From Octopus sinensis (lineage: Eukaryota), in NCBI RefSeq assembly GCF_006345805.1, contig NC_042998.1, positions 96,906,001 to 96,970,000 of the forward strand: 64,000 bases of DNA, written 5' to 3'. A program made the translations under genes and the position numbers. Positions within the stretch are counted from its first letter, which is position 1. Every line of letters starts with the position of its first letter. Positions 1-13,600 of the stretch are shown here, in pieces. Below the pieces are notes generated by a model. It was not told where the DNA came from. It worked only from the letters and a program-made list of their open reading frames with translations, and made no database searches.

Positions 1-878
1 CAGGTAGATACAGGTAAATTCAACAAAATATAAAATTATTAAAATTTTGTTCAAACATCGCAATAGAAAATGGGTTATTAGCTAATATTCAATTGGGTAT
101 ACAGCAAAATTTTACGATAGAATTTGTTATTCTGGGTAACTTTCTGATACCCATAATAATATTTATGGCAAAATAGTCTTAATTTCATTTAAGGTTGTGG
201 GAAACCACTAACTATCCTTTCTTTCACTTTGTTTACATTTAGCGTAACGGTTCGTTTCTGCCGTAATGATTTCAAATAGGCTCATTCGAAAAAGTTAAAA
301 CAAAATAGCCTAAGGCTTTACTCTCCTGGGAAAGTCTGTGGCTTGGTCCAGTTTCTTCAGAAAAATCACCAAAAGAAACAGTTTTTAAATTTTCACTCCA
401 TTCAGGTGCCAATTCATTTTCTTTATCACTGTCGGAGCTCTCGGATTCACTGTTTTCACTTTCGGAAAATGAAACATCAGATTCATTATCAAATACCACG
501 TGCTTTTTTTTTCAGTCATAGAGTTAGATTTATGAAGGTCTTCAGTAGAAAATCCTTCGAATTCTGACTCGCTGCTTGATATAATGAAATTCGTATCCAT
601 TTTTTGTCAGAATTACAAATTTTGAAAACACAATAGGAACAAATTTCGGAAAAAAAATCTCCCAAAATTCACGGAATTAAAATTACACTTCGATCATTGT
701 ACAAAACTGTAGATGAACTGTTTACGAAGTATAATCACGTGTTTTCACGAATGTACTAGAGATTTGCTCTGATATTCTCATTTAAATATGAATAGGTAAA
801 TACGGGCGGGTTTGGGTGGTTTGGTCACATTAACCAAAATTTTTTCGGGCGGCTTTGGGCGGTTTGGTAACGAATGGG
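1..878 (-). mobile_element. piggyBac-family transposon, 5' end with decayed transposase; runs off the window
   Basis: Minus strand begins TTAA|CCCATTCG (TTAA at 879-882). 26-bp subterminal repeat at 803-828 and 846-871. Acidic N-terminus, then EIITAETNRYA...WFPTTLNEIK...IIMGIRKLPRI with stops and frameshifts. Confidence 0.88.
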
Positions 879-2216
879 TTAAGCTTGAAACAGGATCTTG
901 TACATGGTTAAATAAAAGTTTAATTCATTATCTTTCTTTTTCTCAACTACAGCCCGTGTTTTATTTTTTGGAATTTTTAAGGTGGTAATAGCATCTTTAG
1001 ACATCTATTTTTCTAGCATGTGGAGAGGCTTATAGCCAATCTCTAGTTATAATTATGTATATAATTATTCGGACGTTAAACGATGATGATGATGATATAT
1101 ATATATACACACACACACACAATAAAAATTAGAAAAGACAATATAAGTTGATTACATATTCTTATGTAAAATTTATTGATTTTTTTTATAAGTTAATTAG
1201 AAATAAATCATACATTTTCAGTCCAATAATAATTCCAAGTTGAATTGTAGAAAGACACCAATCCATATTGCTTCATTATCCGTTTATATTTATCGAAAGA
1301 AATGAGGATAACTTCTGTAATTCTATTTTTATTAATGGACAAATAACTATTGGTTCAATGAACCAATAAGGATGCGTCAATATGGCTACAAAACTTGCTA
1401 GAAATAGCAGCTTATTCTTTCTCAAAACACACTCAATCATCTTCTCAACCAATGTAGTCCAGAGTACACTCTAAAGAAAAAAGTGGATAGGAAGGCATGT
1501 TCATGGCTTGGATGCCATTTTTTGATCATAGGTCAACTTGATCAGAACTGACCTTGGCTAAATGACAACATCTATTGATTCAAAGCTTTCCTTCATCTCA
1601 GATAGACAGCCTAGAGAGAGGCTAAAGAAGGAGAGGAAGAGGGAGAGTGAGAAAGAAAGTAGATGAGCAGACAGGCAAACAGCCAAAAAGGGAGAAAGAG
1701 TAAGAGAGAACAAAAGGGACAGAGAAATTAAGAGAGGGGGAGAGAGAGAGAGAGAATAACAGACTGTTTATGAATGTGTGTGTTTATGTGTGTGTGTGTT
1801 TTCTCATTCTGATAACAACTGAATAATTGCATCATCACTGTGAAATATCTTTCATATATTGATTGAATCCTTTGTTGCACCATCCAAAGATGCCATGTTT
1901 GTTCATGACTCTTTAACTCTTCAAAGAAAGCTGGCAGCAGGATCTATCCATATTCATTGCTGCACCATTTCACTCATGGGACGCAAAATACAAGGATGTA
2001 TTGAATATTCTTCTCGGAAGATACAATGCAGAGTAAATACAAAAAAAAGAAAAACTTTCCACATCATTTGTTACAGATGGTCTGGCTCTCCATCAGTTAC
2101 AACAAGTGTTCTAGTTGATTCAATCACTCAAACAGCCCACCCATGTATATATTAGTGTGTGTGTGTATATATGTATATATATAAGTATATGTGAGGATAC
2201 CCTTTACACTTTACTC

Positions 2217-2600
2217 TTTTACTTGTTTCAGTCATTTGACTATGGCCATGCTGGAGCACCGCCTTTAGTCAAGCAAATCGACCTCAGGACTTATTCTATT
2301 AGTCTCTTTTGCCGAACCGCTAAGTTACGGGGACACAAACACACCAGCATCGGTTGTCAAGCGATGTTGGGGAGACAAACACAGAAACACAAACATATAC
2401 ACACATATACATATATATATATATATATACATATATACAATGGGCTTCTTTCAGTTTCCGTCTACCAAATCCACTCACAAGTCTTTGGTCAGCCCAAGGC
2501 TATAGTAGAAGACACTTGCCCAAGATGCCATGCAGTGGGACTGAATCCGGAACAATGTGGTTGGTAAGCAAGCTACATACCACACAGCCATTCCTGCGCC
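2217..2600 (-). mobile_element. tRNA-derived bipartite SINE (family A; CORE-like segment, internal microsatellite)
   Basis: A box TGGCTGTGTGG, B box GGTTCAGTCC-like, CTTGGGCAAGTG segment; more than 10 related copies in the window. Confidence 0.85.
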
Positions 2601-2841
2601 TATGATATTATTATTTAGTATATTATCATTGGTTTAGCATGCATAAAAAAAACCTATAATGATATAAAATATCAATTTATAATTAAGAAGTACCAGCATG
2701 CTGACATAACAGTCAAACTGACCAAACCACAAATTGTCACTAAACTTATGGTTTGGTCAGTTTGACTGCTATGTGAGTACACTGGTACTGCTTGATAGTA
2801 CCCTTAATTATTAATTGATATATATATATATATATGTATAT

Positions 2842-3204
2842 ACAAGCCAGCGTCGCCTTACTGGCACATGTGCTGATGGCACGTGAAAAGTAACGTTCGA
2901 GTGTGGTCGTTGTCAGTGCTGCCAGACTGGCTCCCGTGCAGGTAGCATGTAAAAACACCTTTTGAGCGTGAGCGTGGTCATTGCCAGAACCGCCTGACTG
3001 GCCCTCATGCTGGTGGCACATAAAAAGCACCCAGTACACAGTCAAGTGGTTGGCATTAGGAAGGGCATTCAGCTGTAGAAACTATGCCAAAGCAGACAGA
3101 GAACCAGGCAGAACTCATTGGCTCTTCTATTTTTGTCAAACCAACCATCCCATGCCAGCATCAAAAAACAAAGGACATTAAATGATGATGATGATGATGA
3201 TGAT
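2842..3204 (+). mobile_element. RTE 3'-UTR/tail copy ending in (GAT)n
   Basis: Homologous to the 3' UTR attached to the RT ORF at 33250-35255. Confidence 0.8.
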
Positions 3205-3439
3205 ATACATACATATATAAGCTGGCTTTCCTTCAGTTTCCATCAACCAAAACCACACAGAAGGCTTTGCTTGACCTGGGGCTGTCAGAGAAGAAACTTA
3301 CCTAGAGTGCCATGCAGTGCAACTGAACCCGAAACCATTTTGTTGAGAAGCAAAGTTCTTGACCAAGACTGTGTCAACCCAAATATGTACTTTATATAGT
3401 TTATTGTATATTCTATGATTGATGCTTATTCTTCAATCA

Positions 3440-4040
3440 CATGCTGACCATCCGGACAAAGCTCATGGTCGTCCATGCCATTGTCCTGTCAACTCTTCTC
3501 TATGCTTGTGAGACTTGGACACTGTACTGCCATGACTTCAAGGGCCTTGAATGCTTCCAGCAATCCAAGCTACAACGGATCCTCAATATTCATTGGGAAG
3601 ATCACATTACCAACAACGAGGTTCTTTGCCAATCCTCACTACCAAGTCTCGAAGCCACCATTCTTTGCCATCGTTTACACTGGGCAGGTCACATCCAGCA
3701 TATGGATCATGCTCTATGGAGAACTTGCAATGGGAACAAGACCCAGAGAAGGTTCAAAATTCTGTTTCAAAAACCAGCTCAAACGGACACTGACTCAAAC
3801 CAACATCCAGCCATCCTCATGGAAACAGATTTCCATGGATAGGACAGCCAGGAGGACTGCTATCCACAATGGAACCAGCTCCTTCAAGCAGAATAGACAA
3901 CAGAACGAGGAGGTAAAACACAGAAGAAAAGAGCATCTTCAACATCCTTGACCCACACCAACCATCCTGTGTGAATTCTGTCCGTGACTCTTTTACCACC
4001 AACTTGGACTCCAAAGTCACATTCAGCACAAACATTTGCT
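3440..4040 (+). mobile_element. RTE (BovB-like) LINE 3' fragment, degenerate
   Basis: LSTLLYACETWT...ILNIHWEDHITNNEVL...RLHWAGHI, frameshifted to LYGELAMGTR. Confidence 0.85.
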
Positions 4041-4145
4041 GAGGAGACTGTATAAAAACTGACAACTCCAATGCTCGGATATGAGCTGGAGCTGCCAATG
4101 CCGAGCAGAAGCACTCCTGTATTTGATATTTTTATGCTTAGAACG

Positions 4146-4356
4146 CAGCAAGCTGGCAGAAACATTAGCACACCAGGTGAAATGCTTAGCTGTATTTCAT
4201 CTGTCTTTACGTTGAGTTCAAATTCTGCCAAGATCAAATATGCCTTTCATCTTTTCAGGGTCGATAAATTAAGTACCAGTTGTGTACTGGGGTCAATCTA
4301 ATCGACTGGCCCCCTCCCAAAAATTTCAGGCCCTGTGCCTAGAGTAGAAAAGAATA
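4146..4356 (+). mobile_element. tRNA-derived SINE (family B; Nin/Deu-like GGGTCGATAAATTAAGTACCAG segment)
   Basis: B box GAGTTCAAATTC; about 10 related copies; domain name is recalled, not searched. Confidence 0.8.
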
Positions 4357-4543
4357 TTTTTATGCTTGGTTTTTCCATGCTGGCATTTTGAGATTATATT
4401 CTAATGGTGGGATGTTCTTCCTGATGTCAATCCTTATTTGATTTTCAAGTAAGGTATTTTATTTCATGTTTTTACATGTCATTTTAAAACAAACATAATA
4501 AATATGAAAACACTGTGGAAGAATTCAGTTCAAGACTACTTAC

Positions 4544-4620
4544 TTGGCTTTTCTGTAAGCATGGTTTAATGCAGCATCTGAATTGATAGATTCATTTGGA
4601 ATATTTTCTAACAGATGAAT
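4544..4620 (-). CDS. CEP290: CEP290 exon (IHLLENIPNES...YRKA), last one found in the window
   Basis: 77 nt, phase 0/2, ttccag|...|gtaagt; resembles human IKILKHVPEG. Confidence 0.8.
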
Positions 4621-7600
4621 CTGGAAATTAGCATCCCAAAAAATTTTTTTTTTAATTTTATTTTGAAAAGTTCAAATATGCAAGTTTTAAGACATCAAAA
4701 AAAACCTGAAATTATTTTTTTCTTATTCAGGCCACTGCTACTACCTCCACCACAACTACCACCGCTACCACCATCATTGTCATTTTAAAATCTACTTTGC
4801 ATGCTTGCATGGGTCACATGTCTCAGAGAGAGTTTGCTGAGGCAAATTTTCTACAGCTGGATGCCTTTCCTGTAGCCAAAGATAATATTTCTCCAAGGCC
4901 AGACATGCTTTTCCAGAAGATTGCAAACAAATGACATTGTTCATATGATGGCGACACTTGTTTGCAATTAGCATGCGATATCAAGGCAAAAATATACAAA
5001 TATGAACATCTCCCACCCCACTGCCACATGCACACCCACACACATGCACACACACACGCATACACACACACACACACACATATATGATGGGCTTCTTTTA
5101 GCTTTCATCTACCAGATCCATTCACAAGGCCTTGGTCAGCTTGGGGCTATAGAAGAAGATGCTTACCCAAAGTGTCACACAAGGGGACTGGACCTGTAAT
5201 TATATGGTTGGGAGGCAAACTTCTTAACAACACAACCATGCCTGCACCATATACATAATAAAACCAAATTGTCAATCATCAAAGACATTTTGAGTTCTAC
5301 TTTTCACTAATAACAGTCTCTATACAACAATTAGGGTTGTTTGCAAGAGAAAATAAAAGGTTCATTTCATTAAAAATAACGATATCAGAAAAACATAATC
5401 AGGCCAAAAACAATAATAACAATGATTATCACTGTAACACTAATTATCACCATTATTGCTAATACATGTAGCCTTGTTTATCACTGATTCAGTCAGTAGT
5501 CATCTGGGATAACATGGTACATTCAATTAGAAACCATGTTAACCTTATTACAGGTTGATGTGTAAATAACACAGGTTGTTAACCAGTTGAAGATTCTACT
5601 TGTATTGTAAAAAAATATACCCCAGCAACCACCCCACAATGCTCAGCTACCCAGAATGCACTGGTTGTCACTTGTTTACATCACCATGCTGCAAGGATTC
5701 ACATCTATTTCATGGATTTATGTACTAGTACCCATCAACATGGAACCAGTGAAAAGAAAAAAATATGAAGACGCCTGATCCTAACAAATGATGCAAATGA
5801 GTGTATTCTCTAAAGGAAATGGTAGAGTTGATTGAGAAAATACATGATGGCAGAAGCTTTGAAGCTGTGGGCCATGAATCTGGTATCAATGAATCTATCA
5901 TTCATTCTATTTACAAAATACATGGGGTGATTCATTTATCACCGATTCAATTATCACTGTATTGTTTTGGGAAACCAAACCCCAATGATAAACAAGAAGA
6001 GATGTATCTTCTTTGTTATCAACTACCTATTTAATCTTTACTTACACATATCCTTAGTAACTTTCATATTTTGAGGACCTGGTTCTTATTGATCCTTTTC
6101 TTTGTGAAAGAACAGTAGAAAAAGTGTCAAACCCAGAAGAATAGTCTTGAATTGAAAGGTTATCACAACTACTTCTAAGAATTGGTCTATCAGCTTGAAA
6201 TGTCTGTAATTATTCCTTTGCATAATGAGTACAGTACCAACATACCATGATGCTTTAAACATTTCCACATTTAACTCTGATAAACCAATGCCTTCTTCTC
6301 TCTTTATATTCTAACAATGCTTGTAATAAACCTTTCGGCTAACTATCTCGACTATTTGATCCACTGGCTTTCTTAGGCTCTCACAAAATATTGAGGCATT
6401 TCAGAATTGTTTTTCTTTTCTCTCTCACTGCAAAAAGATACATCAATACCATCTCAAATACACTTTACCTGACATCTTGATTCAAACAAACACCTTGTTT
6501 TATGATTATCAATAATTCATACTTCCTATGTTCACAGAGGTCTGAGGAATTACATTAAAAATGTACATCTAGTAGGCAACCTAGTGCTAAAAAGTGTGCT
6601 TAATACAAAAATATAGAAGCAATTAAATAGCTACACCAACAATAACATGTAGGTTCTATATGTGGAATATTAACAACTGGAGGCCAACTGAAATTATAAA
6701 GATGGTCAAGAAAACCAGGAAATTCCCGAAACTTTCAGAGCAACATTCACAGAGAGAAACAATGATAATATAAGGACCAATAATTAGTGTTACCTTTCTT
6801 AATAATTCTTGTTTTTCTTGAAGCAAATCTTGTTCTCTCTCAGCAGATTCTCGTAAAAGAATTTTCATATCTGCCATTGTTTTACGCTACAAAATAAATA
6901 AAAACTTATCATAAATGTATCATAAATAAAAATATATTGAATAAATCTAATCATCATTATCAATCTCCACTTTTCATGCTTACACAGGTCAAACGGAATT
7001 TGTTGAGGTAGATTTTTCTATGGCCATCTGCCCTTCTGTCACCAACCCATACCAATTAATATTACCCCACAGTTAGATATATTTTTAATGGGTGACTGAA
7101 AATTAACATTCTCACTTGCATAATGATGGTGATGCTTGTTTACGCCCATCACATGATGTTAAGGCAAGGTTACATACACACATGTACGATGGGCTTCTTT
7201 CAGTTTCTGTCTACCAGATCCACTCACAAGGCTTTGGTTAGCCAAAGGCTATAGTAGAAGACACTTGACTAAGGAGCTGCACAGTGAGACTGAACCAGAG
7301 ATCACATCATTGAGAAGCAAGCATCTTAACAACACGGCTATGACTGCTCCAAACCTAGTAATTCCCATGCTTAAAAAGTTCAAAACTAAGAAAGCTAATA
7401 GTACTAAGAGTACCATACAAGTGAGATAGTTGCCAGAGCAACAAGCTGGCCTCCATGCCGGTGGCATGTTGACACCATTGAAGCGTGATTGACACCTGTG
7501 TCACCTTATTAGCACTTGTGCTGGTGACAAGTGACAAAAACATTCAAGCGAGGTCGTTGCCAGTGCCACTGGACTGGCTCCTGTGCAGGTGACACATAAA

Positions 7601-10600
7601 AAGCACCATTTGAACGTGGCCATTGCCAGTACCACCTGAATGGCCCTTGTGCCGGTGGCACATAAAAGCACCCACTACACTCTCGGTGTGGTTGGCGTTA
7701 GGAAGGACATCAAGCTGTAGAAACTCTGCCAGATCAGATTGGAGTCTGGTGCAGCCGTCTGGTTTGCTAGACCTCAGTCAAATCGTCCAACCCATGCCAG
7801 CATGGAAAGCAGATGTTAAACGATGATGATCATGATGATGATGTATTTGTGATATTACAACAAATTAAATGTATTACAAACAATGTAATCCTTTATTTTA
7901 ATATCATACATTGATTAAGCAATTATCAAAGTTCAATATAAATTTATTGATTATTACAGCAAGCAAATCATGCTTGAAGTACCAACTATGCTGAGTGGTG
8001 AGAACACATGCATCAGATTATTAATCCCAAAGTCAAGTAAGTTCAACATACAATTACAGATAGAACTGAAGGATTACATTTGAGAAAAAAACAACAGAAA
8101 TTCATTAGTCGAGATTTGAAAGATGGGTGAAAGTTTAATTTAGAATGCTGATTTTTAAGCTGTGCTGCTCAGTAGAGTATAATTCCTACTTCAAACCATA
8201 AAAAAAAAACTTTGATTATCTCTGGATTGTATCAAACAATTACCAGTAATATTTTAGAGTAATTATATGGCAGCAAGCTGGCAGAACCGTTAACACACTG
8301 GGGAAAGAGCTTAGCAGCATTTTGTCCATCTTTATGTTCTGAGTTCAAATTGTGCCAAGGTCAATTTTGCCTTTTATCCTTTCAGGGTTGATGTAACAGT
8401 ACCAGTTGAGTTCTGGGGGTCAATATAATCAACTTACCCCTTCCCCCAAATGTGCTAAAATTCAAAACCAATAAATATATGTATGTATACAAAAGTTGAA
8501 TTACATTTGAAGAGAAAAGCATGAAAGTCTGTTAAAGGCTTTACTGACTTTCCCCATAAAAGAAATTTACTTAATAAGAGCTATCTAGAGATATCAAATA
8601 AGGAACAAAATTGTTTAGAAGTATAACAGACAAAATAAAAACAAATAATTCAAGAAAAATGTTGTGTATTAAACTCCTAATGAATATATAATAAATGCTG
8701 TGTATTAGTTTAAATAATTAAAAACCACCAGTCACATGGTATGTATGAGTTTTATGTGGACTCATCAATTTTTTTCTTCATATACATTGTGATTAAAATA
8801 AACAGATACACAATTGATTCCATTGCTACTGGATCACGGTTGATGTTGTCATCCACTCTCATACATTCTATCAGTGAGATAGAAATTCGCAGTTTATGGT
8901 GATTTGGTTTTTGTTTCTATTCCAGTGCTTATGAAATGAGCAAATTACAAAACTCGACAAAAAATTTCCTTTTCAGCATTATATTTACAATGGATAGTAA
9001 TATTTCGCATTACAATCTAATACAAAACCACTGTTATACTTAATAGTTTTTAAGCTACTACAGACTCTCAAAAGAAAAAAAAACCATTTGAATAAAAATA
9101 AAAATAGAAATCATTACCTTATTTTCAAGATCTTCTTCCAGTTTCTTTATTGTATCAATTTTGGATTCAGAAGATTGCAATGTGTTGTTACCTTTAACAA
9201 ACTTTATGCCACCTCCCTCTACTGTGTGTTTCAAAATTCGTTGTTCCTCTTGTAGGTTCTCAACTTGGTTTTGAAGTTTCATTTTGAGATCAGTCTCCTG
9301 CAAGACAGTTGAAACCATATAATGAAACCATAATAAAAATTACAATAGTAAAATATATTTGAAACAAATTTTGAAACTAGAAATAGATGTACCCATGTCC
9401 AAGATGGAATTGTAAGAACATTGATCTGGATGACATAGTATTTTTTTTCTAGCGCTTTACATTCTGAGTTCAAATTTTGCCATTGCCTACTTGGTTGGTA
9501 GACTTTATAACCTGTTGCCTAGTTTAACATCACCACCCTGAATTTTGGATATCCTTAGCATTTGAACCAAGTTTCTGGTTTGAGGATATTTTCCTCCTTC
9601 CCTTCCACCAGTCTCAAAAGTCTTATATTGGCTATGAGTGCTCTCTTCCCACCTGGCCAAAAGATTTTTAAAAAATCCCAAAATATATTAGTCTACTATG
9701 CTGTAAAATAGTTTCCAATTCTACTGGAAGGGAATTAGTTGAAATACTTACGTAAAATACTTATGAAAATTCTAAAATGATAGTGTACTATTACTACTAT
9801 TACTATTATCCCATTACTATTACTTTTATCCCATCATTCTTCATGTGTAATCATGAAAATATTATGTACCATTGTTCAGTAACTTTTCTTTGCATTGAGA
9901 TTATAATTATTCTCCAACTCTAACAACTAAATTTTGAGCAATTATCAATGCTATAGAGAAGAAAGCTGCTTATTAATTAGTTCTGAGTATGTAACTTTTA
10001 GTAAAAGTAAGTACCGTATTTGACGGCATATAGGACGCACTTTTTTCCAAAATATTTGGCTCAAAAAATCGCCCTGCGTCTAATATGCGAAGTCAAGACC
10101 CTCCCGTAGGCTAATCTTCTCCCAGACGCTCCCTAACCTAGCTTACGATAAGTATTTCTACCTACACTAACACCTTAATAATATTTTCCATACTCATGCA
10201 TCATTATTTTATCGCTAGTATTATTATTATTATTATTACCAGTATTATTACTTTAAAATACGAATTATCGTAAAAATCAAAGCAATCTACCGTAAATTGT
10301 TAGGCTGCGATCCATGACACATGTTATCTAATATCAGTTTTCTGGTTAAAAAGATGATTAAAGATGATTACTATTGTAATTTGTATGCTTTCCTTTTGTA
10401 TGCTTGCTTTTATACAGCAATGTTTTCTGCTTTTGTAATGTGCTGCTAGACTGCTTTCAACAATATATGCTTAAATACACTTAAAACTTTTTTTCCTGAA
10501 TTTGACCTGCTGAAATGAGGGTGCGTCTAATATGCTGTCAAATACAGTAATTAGTAAAGTCTACATTGTTAAGAAAATTCTTAAAAATTACAATATTAAT

Positions 10601-13600
10601 ATACTTTTTATCAAAATGTGGTTTTCAAGATGTTTCTATTTTGAAGATTTCAAATAAATGATTGATTTTAATCACCATAGGAGTACTTTTTTAAATATCA
10701 CACTGCAAAATAGTGTTTTTTATTTAATGTGTTACTCCATTCTTTCTCTTTTCATCTTTTTTTTGTTTACTGCCTCTCATCATAACATTTTTTAACTTCT
10801 TACGTCCTTCTCTCTTTCCATCTCTTATTTGTTTCCTGTAGCCTTATAACTTTTCCTTTCACTCTCAACCCCAGATTATTTCTTTGCAATGCTCTCTCTC
10901 CCTCCTCCCCCTCTCTTCCTCTCTATTTCTCTCTCTCTTTTTCAGCTGCCTCTATTGTTTTCATTGAAGATAAGTTAGTACAAGTTTTTCTAAGAGATAC
11001 TTTGAGAACATTTGCAAAAGCTTTAACACTATATTTATCATATCAAGATTGCAAAGGAAATTTTTGTTTAAAGTTTTATTCACTTGCACACAAAAGTATG
11101 AACCCTAACCCTTTGAATAACAAAAGCCTTGTTTATTTTCTGTATCTATGTCAACTTCCTGTATATAGTTAAGTAAGATATTGACTTCATTTAAAATACT
11201 AATTGCAAGACAATCAAACAACATATATACTGTGCTATTTATATAACAATTTCTCAGCTCAATATATACAAGCAGAAACACTGCCCTCCGGGCTGTGTTT
11301 CTACTGGTATCCAAAATAGAAGGAGCAATATTTGGGGGTCACTCACTTTTAATAAATCTTTTCTAAGTTTCTCATAATCAGCCATTAATTTTGTCATTCC
11401 TTTCTCTTTTGTAAGATGTTTATCTGTAGAGGACTGTCCCAATTTCTTTTCAAGATCTCTAACTTTCTGCTGATGAAAAAAGAAAACACAAAAAACATAA
11501 AACTTTTTCAAAAATAAAAAAAAAGAAACTATTAATTTTTTTTTAAGCAAAAAAACTATCTGCTTTTATAATTATATTCTTTTATTGATTTATATACATC
11601 TCTGCCATGTTGCTGTGGTCCTGCTGGAGCACCACTATGAAAATATATCTATAATTATACAGACCATCTATACCTTCCTTTTATTTTTTACTTGTTTCGT
11701 TCATTGGATTGCAGCCATGCTGCAACACCACCTAAAAGAGTTTAATTGAACAGATCAGCCCCGGTACTTATTTTCAAAGTTTGGTACTTATTCTATTGGT
11801 CTCTTTTGTCGAACCTCTAAGTTAGTGAGCTATAAACAAATCAACACTAGTTGTGTAACAGTGGTGGAGACAAACACAAAGTCACACACACAGACTCACG
11901 ACACACACCAAACACACACCACTCACATACACATATAACAGACTTCCACAAAATTTCTACCAACCAAATTCACTGAGAAGACATTGGTTGGCCCAAGAGT
12001 ACAATAGAGGATATTTGCAGTGGGATTGAACCCAAAACAATGTAGCTGCAAAGGAAGCTTCTTAACCACATGGTCATGCCTGTACCTATAAAGCCATGCT
12101 TGCACCTACATATTTGTAATTTGTGATTATACGGAATCTATTGAAACAATTATTGTAACTAAACAGTTAAGATTTTTCAATTACATTTGCAAAAGAAACA
12201 ATGATAGCATTAACTCTTTGGCATTCAGATTACTCTGTCAAATGTAATGCATATTAATTCACATTGTTTTGAATTAATCATAGCATCCACCCCTGCTACA
12301 GACTTGGTCACCTAGGTAACAGAAGCTATAATCCACTTCTAGTTTTTTTCCCCCAGCATGTGATGGAATATGTTTTCTGTACATCTTTGGTGTTTAGTGC
12401 CTCTGCGCATCTGCTACACACAAAAACTATCTTCCCAGTTAACCTTCTTTTGATATTGCTGTACCTCTTATGTGTTCATAGCTCACACAGGGTACATCTT
12501 ATGGAGTTTCTGCTTATGCTTTTCCTACAGGCCGAGCAGGGCCATCTATCTGTGTCTATTTTTCAAGCAAATTGAAACAAACAGTATGCTTTGACCAGAT
12601 AACATTAGGAATAGCAGTAGCAAGGTTTCATATACACTCATGGTCATTGCCCAACATTAACCCTTTAACATTCAGATTACTCTGTCAAATGTAATGCTTA
12701 TTTATTCACATCATTTTGAATTAATCCTGCATTATCTCATAGCTTCAAAGTTTCAATGATGTACTTGCATATTTTTAGAATGACATTGTAGGGCAGGCGA
12801 GAGAGGCTGGATCTGACCAGTTTGAGCATAAAACAGGAAGAATATTTGAGCCAGACATGGCCAGTTCAAATGTTAAACAGTAAAAGTAGAGAGAAACTCA
12901 CAACCAAATCAAGATTTTCTTGTTTCAGAGAAGCTGTTCCAGTTGTCTTCTTCAATTGTTCATTCTCTGACTGCACACGGTCAACTACTTTTTTAAGCAA
13001 TGCAATTATTTTCTCCAGCTCCTTTGGACTTTTACCACTTTCACCAACCTGTAACCCATGAAAGAATATAATTAAGTCAAATTATTTGTTATTTTTACTC
13101 ACATTAGGCTAATAATAATTATTAAAGCACCCACTACACTCACGGAGTGGTTGGCGTTAGGAAGGGCATCCAGCTGTAGAAACACTGCCAGATAAGACTG
13201 GAGCCTGGTGCAGCCTTCTAGCTTCCCAGATCCCCGGTCGAACCGTCCAACCCATGCTAGCATGGAGAACGGACGTTAAACGATGATGATGATGATGATG
13301 ATGATGATATATGTTTAGGCTTTTGATGTATGCCAATAATAAATGCATGCACTGGTTTTATTTCACTTCTTCTTTATTCATCAATTGGTTAACTATTTAA
13401 CCAATTAATAAATCGCTTGATTACTCTTTCAGTTATTCTGACCTGGAGTACAGAGGGCAAATCATTGAAGAAGTTGCAAATGGCAACAAAAAAACTTTCA
13501 CAAACATAACCAAACAATCAATTAGTTAATTTTTAAGTAGTTAACCAATTAACAAATATTAAATAAGTGAAAATAGAACCAATGTATATGCTCATTATGG

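Noticed and set aside
1911-1946. PAFFEELK on the minus strand resembling CEP290 PSFFEEIEDLK
   Set aside because: Lacks IEDLKYNY, has a weak acceptor, and no bridging phase-2 exon was found; likely chance.
1859-2155. 98-aa plus-strand ORF as a nested gene
   Set aside because: No recognisable domain, non-ATG start in the sequence, and it runs into simple repeats.
8820-8885. ag|A ATG TAT GAG (RMYE) resembling a human CEP290 exon start
   Set aside because: Stop after two more codons; the homologous region is already covered by exon 9118-9297.
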